From positions 1,564 to 65,563 of the forward strand of contig JAAENK010000324.1 of NCBI GenBank assembly GCA_024224415.1: 64,000 bases of DNA, written 5' to 3'. The translations under genes and the position numbers were made by a program. Every line of letters starts with the position of its first letter. Position 1 is the stretch's first letter. This DNA comes from Gammaproteobacteria bacterium. Lineage in GTDB: Bacteria; Pseudomonadota; Gammaproteobacteria; GCA-001735895. The notes beneath the pieces are model-generated. The model was not told the origin of the DNA, ran no database searches, and saw nothing but the letters and a program-made list of their open reading frames with translations. Below, piece by piece: positions 20,024-32,558 of this stretch.

Positions 20024-21127
20024 ATGTCATATACGAGACACTCAGCACTCGCCAGTCGTCACGAAGCCCTGGGAGCCGAGCTGGGAGACTGGAACGATAT
20101 GGGCGTAGCCTGGGAATACAATCAGGATGTGAATGACGAACATCGCGCGGTACGCACCGCCGCAGGGCTGTTCGATGTATCGGGACTTAAAAAAATACAC
20201 ATACTCGGTCCTGATGCTCTGGCAGTCGCCGATCACGTGATTACCAGAGACATGACTAAAATAACTGCAGGTCGCTCGGTATATGCCATCATACTTGATG
20301 AAAATGGTGGCTTTACCGATGATTGCATCATGTTTAATCTGGCGCCCAATCACATCTTACTGGTTCACGGTGGGGGTACCGCGATGGAGCAGGTGCAGAA
20401 ATCGGCTGAGGGTAAAAATGTTACCATTCAGTTTGATGACGATTTGCACGATATGTCTTTTCAGGGACCGAAATCATTGGTGGTTTTAAATCAGCATACC
20501 CCTATGGATCTCGAAAACCTGAAGTATTTTCACCAGCAGGCGACAACATTATTTGGTCATGACTGTATTATTTCCAGAACTGGCTTTTCAGGTGAGCGTG
20601 GTTACGAAATATTTGCCAAAGGTGACAATGCCGGCCCAATCTGGGATAGCATTCTCGAACACGGTCGGCCGCTGGGGGTATTGCCCTGTTCGTTTAATTG
20701 TATCGATGCCATCCGGGTCGAAGCAGCGCTGCTGTTTTATCCCTTCGACATGGATGAAAGCAATTCACCCTGGGAGGTAGGTCTCGGTTTTGCTGTATCG
20801 AAAGACAAAGCAGGCGACTACCGGGGTAAACAGGCTTGTCTGGACTCGATCGGTAAGGAAAAAATTAAGGTTACCGGGATTGTTGCCGATTGTGACAGCG
20901 CAGTTGATGCCGATGCTGAATTATTTCAGGGCGATCGGAAAGTCGGTAAGGTGACTGCACCGAATTTCTCACCAGTATTAGATCAATCGATAGCGTTGGT
21001 GCAAATCGAGCCCGAGCTTGCCGCAGCAGGTACACAACTCGAAGTTCGTGGAGAAAACATAAACTGTAGTGCGACGACGCATGACCTGCCGTTTTATGAC
21101 CCGTCCAAGGGGAATCGCAGTAAATAG
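20024..21127 (+). CDS. GcvT-family aminomethyltransferase-like (folate-binding) protein
   Basis: 367 aa; GcvT-type motifs (AGLFDVSGLKKIHILGPDA, YAIILDENGGFTDDCIMFNL, GFSGERGYEIF); immediately upstream of tmd. Confidence 0.7.
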   Translation: MSYTRHSALASRHEALGAELGDWNDMGVAWEYNQDVNDEHRAVRTAAGLFDVSGLKKIHILGPDALAVADHVITRDMTKITAGRSVYAIILDENGGFTDDCIMFNLAPNHILLVHGGGTAMEQVQKSAEGKNVTIQFDDDLHDMSFQGPKSLVVLNQHTPMDLENLKYFHQQATTLFGHDCIISRTGFSGERGYEIFAKGDNAGPIWDSILEHGRPLGVLPCSFNCIDAIRVEAALLFYPFDMDESNSPWEVGLGFAVSKDKAGDYRGKQACLDSIGKEKIKVTGIVADCDSAVDADAELFQGDRKVGKVTAPNFSPVLDQSIALVQIEPELAAAGTQLEVRGENINCSATTHDLPFYDPSKGNRSK

Positions 21128-21308
21128 GCGAAATTATTTATACAAACTCGGCTCACGCATTGGAATATGTAAAGTAGTTACTCAGTAAGTGGTACAACTT
21201 ACTGGCAATTGACCATTTACCCCGCTGAGTCAATGATTTCAACCTTAAAGAGTATATCTGTTCTGCATACTCAATGAAGCTGTATCACGGTCACCGAATT
21301 ACTATTAA

Positions 21309-23534
<2,226 letters not shown>

Positions 23535-23542
23535 GCTAAGCA

Positions 23543-25762
23543 TTGAGGCTGCGGGGTGTCATGCCCCGCAGTTTTACTTTCGGCTTAACTAGAAGTGAGT
23601 GTAATGAGATGATCGAACCCGGTCATGAACCCCAGACAGTAACCCGTATACTGTTCCAGGATTTTCCGACCTGGATGATGGTAACGTTTTATATCGCAGC
23701 TATCGCTGCGATTATTGCCTTCGGTTATGGCTGTTATGTCCAGCTGCGCAAATATCGCCGGGGTCAGGCGCTGTCGCTGAGAAATATTAGTGAAGGTCTA
23801 ACCTGTATGATTGGCGATCTGCTCAGTCATCGTAGTTTAAAGCGACGCGATCACTCAGCGGGTATGATCCATGCACTGATTTTTTTCGGTTTTGCATTGC
23901 TGTTTATCGGCACTGCAACGATTACTCTAGAATACGACATACTCGAACCAATCACCGGCTGGCGGTTCTGGTACGGTTCGTTATATTTGTGGTTTTCGCT
24001 GATTGTTGATATTGCCGGTCTGGCTTTTGTCACCGGGCTGATTTACATGATGTATCGACGCCAATGGCTGGCGCTGCCCAAACTCGATTACCAACGTCCT
24101 GATCGCGAGCCGAGCGAACCCGATTTCGACCGTAGCTGGTACCGCCGTGAAGACTGGTTATTCCTGTGGACATTGGTATTAATTGGTGTCACCGGTTTCC
24201 TGCTCGAAGCGGATCGCCTGGTCTGGTTACAGCAAGACGCGACCGTGTGGAACTACCGTTGGTGGTCGCCGGTCGGTGCCGTGCTGGCGGGTCTGTTAGA
24301 AGCAATTGGGCTGACTAGCACAGTTGCTGAATCACTACGATATGGCCTGTGGTGGTTGCATGGGCTACTCGCATTCAGTTTTATTGGTGTACTGCCGTTT
24401 ACCAAGGCCAAACACATATTTACCGCGATGGCATCGCTTGCCATCCGTGACGCAAAACCGGCTGCGCGTTTGCCGGAAGCAGATCTCGAGGCCAACACTA
24501 TCGGCTATCGAAAAATCACCGATTTCAACTGGAAACAGTTACTCCATGTCGATGCCTGCACTAAGTGCGGTCGTTGTCACGAAGCCTGTCCTGCGAATAC
24601 CAGTGGCTTCCCGTTATCACCACGCGATGTGGTATTAACCTTGCGTGAACTGGCCAATAACAGCTTGCAATACGGAACATTGCCAGCGGTTGAAAGCCTG
24701 CAGGCGGTTGGTGATGGTATCAATCAGGTGCGAGTTGAAACCCTGTGGTCCTGCCGTACTTGCGCAGCCTGTGTGGAAATTTGTCCGGTAGGCATCGAGC
24801 ACGTGCCGCTGATAGTGGAAATGCGTCGTGCGTTGGTCGACGAGGGTGAGATGGATCCGGCGGTGCAAACCGCCCTGCAAAATATCCAGAAGAAGGGTAA
24901 CTCCATCGGCGAAAACAAACGCAAGCGCGCCGCCTGGAGCAAGAAACTCGATTTTGAAATCAGGGATGCGCGTAAAGAACCGGTCGAGCTACTCTGGTTT
25001 GTCGGTGACTATGCATCCTTCGATCCGCGTTATCAAAAAGTCGCACAGACTTTTGCACGCATTTTACATACCAGCGGGATCGATTTCGGTATTCTTTACG
25101 AAGGAGAGATGACCGCTGGAAATGATGTGCGCCGGGTCGGCGAGGAAGGCCTGTTTGAGCATGTCGCCGAAAAAAATATCGAAACCCTGTCGGGCTGCGA
25201 GTTTGAGTGTATCGTCACCACTGATCCGCATAGTTTTAATACACTGACAAACGAATATCCGCAGTTCGGTGGCGAGTTCAAGGTGGAACATGCCACGCAA
25301 TTGCTTAACCGCCTGTTGGCCAGTGGCAAAATTCCGCTGGAGCGTCGGCTTGATCGAAAGGTGACTTATCATGACTCCTGTCATCTCGGGCGGCTGAACA
25401 AAGAATACGCTGCGCCGCGTGATGTGCTGGCAAAGCTGGGTGTGAAAATCACTGAAATGCCGCGTAACCGGGACAATGCCTTTTGCTGTGGCGCCGGTGG
25501 GGGGCGCATCTGGACACCCGATCCGCTGGAGATGGAAAAGCCGGCTGAGCTACGTATGCACGAAGCCGCAGAAATAAACGATATTGATGCTTTTGTGGTC
25601 AACTGTCCAAAATGCATGAACATGTTTGAAGATGCAGTGAAATCCACCGGTAACGATAAGCGACTCGAAGTCATTGAAGTGATCGAACTGGTCGCCGCCT
25701 GTATGGACCTCGATAAGGTGATACCGGCGGCACAGGAAAATATGGAAGCCGAGTCGGTGTAA
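23543..25762 (+). CDS. Membrane-bound Fe-S oxidoreductase: N-terminal multi-TM b-type-cytochrome-like domain fused to 2x[4Fe-4S] ferredoxin and HdrD/GlpC-type CCG domains
   Basis: 5-6 TM helices with conserved His (MIHALIFFGF, WWLHGLLAF); CTKCGRCHEACP and CRTCAACVEICP; CCG-type motifs HDSCHLGRL and FCCGAGGG; true start may be an internal Met (MPRSFTF or MIEPGHEP). Confidence 0.7.
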   Translation: MRLRGVMPRSFTFGLTRSECNEMIEPGHEPQTVTRILFQDFPTWMMVTFYIAAIAAIIAFGYGCYVQLRKYRRGQALSLRNISEGLTCMIGDLLSHRSLKRRDHSAGMIHALIFFGFALLFIGTATITLEYDILEPITGWRFWYGSLYLWFSLIVDIAGLAFVTGLIYMMYRRQWLALPKLDYQRPDREPSEPDFDRSWYRREDWLFLWTLVLIGVTGFLLEADRLVWLQQDATVWNYRWWSPVGAVLAGLLEAIGLTSTVAESLRYGLWWLHGLLAFSFIGVLPFTKAKHIFTAMASLAIRDAKPAARLPEADLEANTIGYRKITDFNWKQLLHVDACTKCGRCHEACPANTSGFPLSPRDVVLTLRELANNSLQYGTLPAVESLQAVGDGINQVRVETLWSCRTCAACVEICPVGIEHVPLIVEMRRALVDEGEMDPAVQTALQNIQKKGNSIGENKRKRAAWSKKLDFEIRDARKEPVELLWFVGDYASFDPRYQKVAQTFARILHTSGIDFGILYEGEMTAGNDVRRVGEEGLFEHVAEKNIETLSGCEFECIVTTDPHSFNTLTNEYPQFGGEFKVEHATQLLNRLLASGKIPLERRLDRKVTYHDSCHLGRLNKEYAAPRDVLAKLGVKITEMPRNRDNAFCCGAGGGRIWTPDPLEMEKPAELRMHEAAEINDIDAFVVNCPKCMNMFEDAVKSTGNDKRLEVIEVIELVAACMDLDKVIPAAQENMEAESV

Positions 25763-27144
25763 TGAGGCCACTGCCAATGACAGTAGCCAGCGAAAATGGA
25801 TTCAGCCAACTAGCCGAACGCATACTGGCGTCTGGTGATGCTTACCAGGCTGCCGCTTTACATCCCTGGTTGCCGATGTCGGAGCGTCTTGTCTTTGAGC
25901 AGATTATTTTTAGCCATCGTCGTTATCCCAGATTATTTGCCCAGGCAAGTTTTTCACCGGTTTCGTTGATCGAGCGGCTTGTGCAGGAAAGCGACGGTTT
26001 GATACTGGATAAATTGGCGAAGAACTCTGCTACGCCAACTGCCGTGCTACGACAATTGGCCGAGCACAGTCAAAACCAGTCGCGTTTTTTATCGATTGCC
26101 AAACATGCGAATGCCGACTCCGTGTTGCTGGCTTCGCTGGATGCCCACGACAGTGCGGCGCTGCACGAGGCAATATGCAACAATCCGAATACCGGGCTCG
26201 CGCAGTTAAGTTTGCTGCTTGCCACGGCATCGTCGGGTGAACGTAAGGCAATGGCCCGCAATCCGCAGGCCAATAGCGGTTTACTGCTGGCATTGTGGCA
26301 ATCTAGCGACGATGTTTATTTGCAGGCCGAGATTGCCGCGCATAGCGAGTGCCCGCCCGAGCTGCTAGCACTGGCAATCAGCAATGACCAGGTATTGCTG
26401 CGACGTAAGGCAGCTGCTAATCCGGGCCTGTCGAAAGTGCAACTTGCGCAACTATTGGGAGACTGCGAAGCTCAGGTTCGTACCGCCGCACTACGCCATC
26501 TGGGGGCGAAAAATATACAGTTGATTAACGAACCAGCACGCCGGGTGCGCCGCGAACTGGCGCGTAAAACCGGGCTTGACAAGCAACTTATAGAAAGCCT
26601 GAGTATTGACGAAGATAATTGGGTACGCCGCTGGGTAGCACGTAATCCGGTTACTCCGGAGGCAATTTTACGGGTACTGGCAAAAGATGGTGAGGTCGAG
26701 GTTCGACGTGGTGTGGCGCGTAATGCGCTGCTACCCGAAAATCTTTGCCGCGAGCTTGCGACCGACCCTGATTCCTGGGTGCGCGCCGGCATCGCAATTC
26801 GCCCGGATCTCGGAGTGGATACAATCAGGCAATTATCCTGTCACGACTCGATAGATGTGTTGGCTGGTTTGGGTCGCAACCCGTTAACGCCGGTTAAGCT
26901 CTTGATGCAAATTGCCCGACATAGTGACCGCGACGTACGACGTGCAGTGATCCTCAATCCACAGACGCCGTTATCGATTTTGCAGATATTGCTTGAAGAC
27001 CCATATCCACTTAATCGTGCGCAACTTTGTCGCCATGCGGCGGTGGGCAGCACCCAACTATTGCAATTACTTGAGGATCCGGAACCGCAGGTGCGATTTA
27101 GTGCAGTACAGGCGTTGGCCGAGTTGAGTCAATCTCCCGAATAA
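25762..27144 (+). CDS. LRV (leucine-rich-repeat-variant)/HEAT-like repeat protein
   Basis: 460 aa with about 12 tandem 23-24-aa repeats of the form VRRxVARNPxTPxxxLxxLAxDxDxx; TAATG stop-start overlap with upstream gene. Confidence 0.5.
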   Translation: MRPLPMTVASENGFSQLAERILASGDAYQAAALHPWLPMSERLVFEQIIFSHRRYPRLFAQASFSPVSLIERLVQESDGLILDKLAKNSATPTAVLRQLAEHSQNQSRFLSIAKHANADSVLLASLDAHDSAALHEAICNNPNTGLAQLSLLLATASSGERKAMARNPQANSGLLLALWQSSDDVYLQAEIAAHSECPPELLALAISNDQVLLRRKAAANPGLSKVQLAQLLGDCEAQVRTAALRHLGAKNIQLINEPARRVRRELARKTGLDKQLIESLSIDEDNWVRRWVARNPVTPEAILRVLAKDGEVEVRRGVARNALLPENLCRELATDPDSWVRAGIAIRPDLGVDTIRQLSCHDSIDVLAGLGRNPLTPVKLLMQIARHSDRDVRRAVILNPQTPLSILQILLEDPYPLNRAQLCRHAAVGSTQLLQLLEDPEPQVRFSAVQALAELSQSPE

Positions 27145-27178
27145 CAGCAAAAATGACATTTGTAAGAGGATAAAGTAA

Positions 27179-27976
27179 ATGAAAATTCTAGTGCCCATTA
27201 AACAGGTAGGCGTGCTCGACGAAGACTTCGAGATACGCGACGATGGCCGGGATGTAGACCTTGATTACCTTGACTTTGAACTCAACGAATGGGATGACTA
27301 TTCATGGGAAGAAGCGCTACGTTTGCAGGAAGAATTTGGTGATGCGGTTGAAATTGTTCCACTCGCAGTCGGCCCCGAGGAAGCCGAAGAAGGCTTACGC
27401 AAATGTCTCGCCAAAGGTGGTGAACGCGGTATTCGGGTCTGGGACGATGCGATGCAAGGTTCCGATCCGATGGCGGTTGCGCGCGTGATTGCCAAAGTTG
27501 CCGAGCGTGAACAGGCGGATATGGTTTTTGCTGGGGCGCTGGCCTCTGACCATGGATTTGCACAAACCGGTGTGAGCGTCGCCGCACAGCTCGGCTGGTC
27601 ACAGGTTGCGGTGGTTTCAAAACTCGACTATCAACCCGGTGATAACAGCGTGAAAGTGAATCGCGAACTTGAAGGTGGCCTGGAAGAGGTCTTGAGCGTG
27701 CAGACTCCAGCCGTATTAACCATCCAGCTTGGAATTAATGAGCCTCGCTATGCATCCTTACGCGGCATTAAACAGGCAAAGGCAAAACCGGTGGAAGAGC
27801 TAAGTCATGGCGACCTCGGTTTATCCGATGAAGATGTTGGTGAAGCCGGCTCTGCATCGCGTGTGAGACGCATGTATTTACCGGAAAAAGGTCAGGCCGA
27901 GCTAATCGAAGGCACTCCAGCCGAACAGGCTGAGCGTCTGGTCGAAATCATCAATGAATTAAAGGGGGTAGCGTGA
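27179..27976 (+). CDS. etfB: Electron transfer flavoprotein beta subunit
   Basis: MKILVPIKQV start, ETF-beta fold, 265 aa. Confidence 0.85.
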   Translation: MKILVPIKQVGVLDEDFEIRDDGRDVDLDYLDFELNEWDDYSWEEALRLQEEFGDAVEIVPLAVGPEEAEEGLRKCLAKGGERGIRVWDDAMQGSDPMAVARVIAKVAEREQADMVFAGALASDHGFAQTGVSVAAQLGWSQVAVVSKLDYQPGDNSVKVNRELEGGLEEVLSVQTPAVLTIQLGINEPRYASLRGIKQAKAKPVEELSHGDLGLSDEDVGEAGSASRVRRMYLPEKGQAELIEGTPAEQAERLVEIINELKGVA

Positions 27977-28938
27977 TGGCTGAAATACTTGTAATCGCTG
28001 AACAGCGTCGCGGAGAACTGGCCGCGGCAAGTCTGGAGTGTATCGCCGCAGCGGTAGAATTAAAGCAAAGTGGCGGTCAGTCAGTAGTGGCCTGCATCAT
28101 CGCGCAGAATCCTGAGTCTTATGTTGCGCTATTATCGGTGGCCGGTGTTGATGAAGTTATTACCGTAACCAGCGTGGAGGCGGAATTTCAGAGTGATATT
28201 TTTGCAGAAACGCTACAGGCCCTGATCGAACAGCGCCAACCTGGTCTGGTGCTCGTGCCGCATAGCATCGATGCCTGGGGATATGCGCCTGCACTCGCTG
28301 TTCGCGGGCAGTATGGCTTTGCCAGCGATGTTTTTGGCATTCGGTATGACGGCGATGATCTGGTCGCAACCAGGGCTGCTTATGCCGAGAAGGTGCATGT
28401 TGAGATCGATTTTCCGGGGCGTCAAATCGTGTTGTTGACAGTGCGAGGAAATACCTGGAAACAAGTTGAGGAAAGTGGAAATCCCCAGATAACAGAATTC
28501 GCAATGCCTGCGATAACAAAACGCAGTAACCACGAAACTTTCCTTGAACCAGCCTCCGGAGGAGGAGTCGATATCACCCAGGCTGAATTTATGCTGTCGA
28601 TCGGTCGTGGTATTGACGAGGAAGATAATGTCGAACAGTTTGCAGAATTGGCCGAGTCGATGGAGTTTACCCTGGGTTGTTCGCGTCCGATTGCCGATAA
28701 TGGCTGGTTACCCAAGTATCGCCAGGTTGGTCAGTCGGGAAAAACCGTTAGTAGTTGCTCGATTTATCTGGCACTCGGTATTTCCGGTTCGGTACAGCAT
28801 ATGGCTGGTATGAAACATGTGCCAAATATTATCGCGGTAAATACCGACCCGGAGGCGTCGATTTTCAGTATCGCCCGTTACGGTGTAGTTGCCGATATTT
28901 TTGATATCGCCGAAGAGCTTGAAAATCATTTTGATTAG
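27973..28938 (+). CDS. etfA: Electron transfer flavoprotein alpha subunit
   Basis: ATGA overlap with etfB; FAD-binding C-terminal region (SGKTVSSCSIYLALGISGSVQHMAGM...IIAVNTDPEA). Confidence 0.85.
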   Translation: MMAEILVIAEQRRGELAAASLECIAAAVELKQSGGQSVVACIIAQNPESYVALLSVAGVDEVITVTSVEAEFQSDIFAETLQALIEQRQPGLVLVPHSIDAWGYAPALAVRGQYGFASDVFGIRYDGDDLVATRAAYAEKVHVEIDFPGRQIVLLTVRGNTWKQVEESGNPQITEFAMPAITKRSNHETFLEPASGGGVDITQAEFMLSIGRGIDEEDNVEQFAELAESMEFTLGCSRPIADNGWLPKYRQVGQSGKTVSSCSIYLALGISGSVQHMAGMKHVPNIIAVNTDPEASIFSIARYGVVADIFDIAEELENHFD

Positions 28939-28960
28939 TCGCATTAACGGCTAACAATTC

Positions 28961-29998
28961 ATGCAGGCATTGGAACAGGCAAGAGTCAAATATCGCCTGC
29001 GCAGTGTGCGCTGGGGTTTTTATTGGGCGATGTGGTGTGCCGTGTTGTGGGGCGCATGGTATGTTCCTGGCACCGCGGTTTGGTATGAAAAACCCTTTGT
29101 CGAACTGGGCTCGGGTGGGCAGGGTGAATTCTTACTCGCCGCCGCGGTAATTACCGCAATGAGTTCGCTGGCGGCTTTATTTTTCCTGTTTATCTGGCTG
29201 GCGGTGTTGGAAAAATTGGGCGAGTATGGCCGCACCGTCAGGCAAATCCGAATCTCCAAATGGTTTTGTTTCGGCGCTGTATTCGGTGGCCCCTGCGCAC
29301 TGTTTGGTTCTTATCTGGCAATCGGTTATGTCGGGCCGGTGTTTGCTGCTATCGCCGCTCTAATGTACCCGGTGGTCGGCGCGACTATGGCTCGTTTCTG
29401 GTATCACGAACGTATCAGCGCCCGCGCTGCGGTGGGCATCGGTGTAATCCTGGCTGGTGGCATATCGATTTATGCACCGGGTCTGCTGGACGAATTCTCC
29501 AACCCTGACGGTGGTGCCTGGCTTGGTTATATCGGTGGTTTAATGGCTGCCATCGGTTGGGGCGCTGAAGGTGCAATAGCCGGACGTGCACTCGATGTCA
29601 GTGATCCGGATGTTGGCATTACTATACGTTTCACGGCCGAGGTATTTTATTGGGTCTTTGTAATCCTTCCCGCAATCATGATTTTTAGCGATGCCGAGGT
29701 CATGAATCTGACCCTGGCATCATTGAATGTTTCTGCGATGGTCTGGATTCTGCTGGCCGGAGTCAGTTTTGCTTTCTGTTATGTAGCCTGGTACAAGTCT
29801 TTTCCATTGATCGGGGTTGGACGAGGACAGGCAATTGCTGCATTTTACGGTGTGTTCGCGGTTATATTTCTTTCCATTTTCACGCTTAACCTTCCCGAAT
29901 GGCATTTTCTTGTTGGTCTGTCCTTAACTGTTCTGGGTGGTTTTATCATGTTCACTGAACGTAGTGAAATGCTTGAAGTGATACGTGCTCCGGTGTAG
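28961..29998 (+). CDS. Polytopic membrane protein (about 10 TM), possible DMT/EamA-like transporter
   Basis: 345 aa, highly hydrophobic; no confident family call. Confidence 0.35.
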   Translation: MQALEQARVKYRLRSVRWGFYWAMWCAVLWGAWYVPGTAVWYEKPFVELGSGGQGEFLLAAAVITAMSSLAALFFLFIWLAVLEKLGEYGRTVRQIRISKWFCFGAVFGGPCALFGSYLAIGYVGPVFAAIAALMYPVVGATMARFWYHERISARAAVGIGVILAGGISIYAPGLLDEFSNPDGGAWLGYIGGLMAAIGWGAEGAIAGRALDVSDPDVGITIRFTAEVFYWVFVILPAIMIFSDAEVMNLTLASLNVSAMVWILLAGVSFAFCYVAWYKSFPLIGVGRGQAIAAFYGVFAVIFLSIFTLNLPEWHFLVGLSLTVLGGFIMFTERSEMLEVIRAPV

Positions 29999-30007
29999 CT
30001 CGACAGC

Positions 30008-30298
30008 ATGAACAAACTGCACCTCAAGGGTTATATGCTACGCTTGTTAGAAGAGCATAAGGAAGGGCTGTGGGATTATCAGATCGCCGAAAAGGTAATG
30101 ATCGAATATGATCATTCGGGTTCCTACTGGCATGGTGAAGTTCGCGCTAATTTGACCGATTTGTTTTCCGGTGCATTACTTGAAGAGGTTGAGGATTGTC
30201 TCGACGATGGAAATTATTTTGGCGAAGGTAAGGTGCTGGTCAAGTTTAAACTGTCGTCTTTTGGGCATACGCGGATGGTCGAAAGTGGCTTGCTTTAA
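30008..30298 (+). CDS. Hypothetical small protein (96 aa), possible winged-helix
   Basis: ORF following membrane protein; weak PadR-like N-terminus (YMLRLLEEHKEGLWDYQIAEKV). Confidence 0.25.
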   Translation: MNKLHLKGYMLRLLEEHKEGLWDYQIAEKVMIEYDHSGSYWHGEVRANLTDLFSGALLEEVEDCLDDGNYFGEGKVLVKFKLSSFGHTRMVESGLL

Positions 30299-30451
30299 AT
30301 TTTGCGGGGAAATTTACTATGTCTGAGTTCTGGGGTTTTGCTGGGGCGGATATTCTTGCCATTGTCGTTATCTGTAGCTTGTGTATGGTCTGTCTGTATC
30401 AGGCCAGAACCTGGGTAACGAAGCTTTAAGCTTGATTCAAAGATATTTGTT

Positions 30452-31132
30452 ATGCTGCGTTCTGGCCAAATGGTTAGTCGAGCAAATATGAGCAAATCCG
30501 ATTCAGAAGCATTAAATATCAACGTTGATGAAAACAAAGCAGGGTCCGAACAGGGGTCTGTAAAAGCGCTCGAAGTTGCGATTGGCCGTCAGGTTCGGAC
30601 TTTCCGCAAGCGCCTGAATCTGACAGTTGCCAATGTCGCCAAGCAGGCGCAGTTATCGTCAGGTATGTTGTCGAAAATTGAAAACGGCCTGACTTCACCG
30701 TCGCTGGCAACCTTGTCGGCGCTGGCCGATGCGCTGCATGTACCGGTTACCGCATTGTTTCGAGGTTATGAGGAACAGCGCGATGTGACTGTCATCAAGG
30801 CTGGCGAGGGTTTGCCGATTGAGCGCCGAGGCTCGGGTGCAGGACATGAATATCAATTGCTCGGACATACAATTGGTAAGCCTTATACCATCGAACCATA
30901 CCTGATTACTCTTTCCGATATATCCGAGGTGTTTCCGGTATTTCAACACTCAGGCACCGAATTGATTTATATGCTCGAAGGTCGAGTTAATTATCGTCAT
31001 GGTGATAAAAATCACCTGTTAGAGCCTGGGGACTCGATGTTTTTTGATGCCGAAGCCTCGCATGGTCCTGATGAAATTCTTGAATTACCCTGCCGATATT
31101 TATCGATAATTGTCTCGCAATCGTTAGATTAA
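30452..31132 (+). CDS. XRE-family HTH + cupin transcriptional regulator (PuuR-like architecture)
   Basis: HTH_XRE (LNLTVANVAKQAQLSSGMLSKIENGLTSPSLATLSALADALHV) and C-terminal cupin (GTELIYMLEGRVNYRHGD...EPGDSMFFDAEASHGP). Confidence 0.75.
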   Translation: MLRSGQMVSRANMSKSDSEALNINVDENKAGSEQGSVKALEVAIGRQVRTFRKRLNLTVANVAKQAQLSSGMLSKIENGLTSPSLATLSALADALHVPVTALFRGYEEQRDVTVIKAGEGLPIERRGSGAGHEYQLLGHTIGKPYTIEPYLITLSDISEVFPVFQHSGTELIYMLEGRVNYRHGDKNHLLEPGDSMFFDAEASHGPDEILELPCRYLSIIVSQSLD

Positions 31133-31241
31133 AGTTAATTACGTCTTTCCTATGAGGAATTATTGTTTCATATTGGTTGAAAAGAAATGACTGCTCTTGT
31201 AGGCTGCGACGCAGAATATAAATAAACCAGAGGCATGAATA

Positions 31242-32558
31242 ATGGCTAAAGATCTCGAAAAAATCGCAAAAGAACGTGGCATCAAATATTTCCTGGTAAG
31301 TTGGGTGGATCTGTTTGGCATTCTGCGTGCTAAATTGGTGCCGGCTCGTGCAATTAAAGGTATGCAAAAAGAAGGCGCGGGATTTGCCGGTTTTGCCGCC
31401 TGGCTGGATATGACGCCGGCACACCCGGATTTGTTTGGTGTCCCCGATCCTGACAGCTTAATCCAGTTACCCTGGAACAGGGAAATCGGCTGGGTGGCCT
31501 CGGATCTGTGGATGGACGGTAAAGAGGTTGAAGCCTCGCCGCGTGTCGCGCTCAAGCGCCAACTCGCACGAGCAAAGAATATGGGTTACCGCATGAAGAC
31601 CGGGGTCGAGTGTGAATATCATTTAATTAGTTCCGATGGCACCGAACTCGCCGACCAGGCCGATACTCAGGCCAAACCCTGTTATGATCAACAGGCGCTG
31701 ATGCGTCAGTATCCGGTGGTGGGAAAGATCTGTGACGCCATGCTCGAACTGGGCTGGAACCCTTATCAGAACGATCACGAAGATGCCAACGGCCAGTTTG
31801 AAATGAACTGGGATTATGACGATGCACTAAAAACTGCCGATCGCCATGTGTTCTTCAAATTTATGGTTAAGACCATTGCCGAAGAAAATGGAATGCGCGC
31901 CACCTTCATGCCCAAACCATTCAGCCACTTAACCGGCAACGGCTGCCATGCTCACGTTTCGCTATGGGACAGGACCGGCAAGAAAAACCTTTTCGCGACG
32001 AGCAAGAAAGATCCGCGTGGCCTTGGCCTGTCACCCCTGGCCTATCAGTTCCTCGGTGGCATTATGCACAGCGCGCACGATTTGGCAGCTATTTTTAACC
32101 CGACGGTCAATAGCTATAAACGTATTAATGCGCCGCGAACTATGTCAGGTGCGACCTGGTCACCAAACGCTGTGACATACGGCGGCAACAACCGCACGCA
32201 TATGGTTCGCGTGCCTGATCCTGGTCGTTTCGAATTACGTTTGATGGATGGCGCGGTAAATGCCTATCTGCTACAGGCCTCGGCGCTCGCAGCAGGTCTG
32301 GATGGCATCGAAAATCAGCGTGACCCGGGTGACCCGATACATATCAATATGTACGAAGAGGGGCACAAGGTGAAAAATGCCAAAAAGCTACCTAACAACC
32401 TGCTAGATGCGCTTCGTCAATTAGACAAAAACAAAGTCATTCGCGCCGGGCTAGGCGATGAGCTGATCGATTCTTATGTGAAACTCAAAATGCAGGCCTG
32501 GAACGACTATACCGCGCATTTAAGCGCCTGGGAGCGTGAGAATACGCTCGATTGCTGA
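31242..32558 (+). CDS. Glutamine-synthetase-family gamma-glutamyl-amine ligase (GmaS/PuuA-like paralog)
   Basis: 438 aa GS catalytic domain (FMPKPFSHLTGNGCHAHVSLWD, NPTVNSYKRI), no N-terminal beta-grasp extension typical of GSI. Confidence 0.7.
   Translation: MAKDLEKIAKERGIKYFLVSWVDLFGILRAKLVPARAIKGMQKEGAGFAGFAAWLDMTPAHPDLFGVPDPDSLIQLPWNREIGWVASDLWMDGKEVEASPRVALKRQLARAKNMGYRMKTGVECEYHLISSDGTELADQADTQAKPCYDQQALMRQYPVVGKICDAMLELGWNPYQNDHEDANGQFEMNWDYDDALKTADRHVFFKFMVKTIAEENGMRATFMPKPFSHLTGNGCHAHVSLWDRTGKKNLFATSKKDPRGLGLSPLAYQFLGGIMHSAHDLAAIFNPTVNSYKRINAPRTMSGATWSPNAVTYGGNNRTHMVRVPDPGRFELRLMDGAVNAYLLQASALAAGLDGIENQRDPGDPIHINMYEEGHKVKNAKKLPNNLLDALRQLDKNKVIRAGLGDELIDSYVKLKMQAWNDYTAHLSAWERENTLDC

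Noticed and set aside
23543-23608. First about 22 codons of the 739-aa ORF (MRLRGVMPRSFTFGLTRSECNE)
   Set aside because: Probably 5' over-extension. The start overlaps the tmd stop region, and the first convincing hydrophobic domain begins after the internal Met (MIEPGHEP...). The full ORF is kept as the feature, but the start is uncertain.
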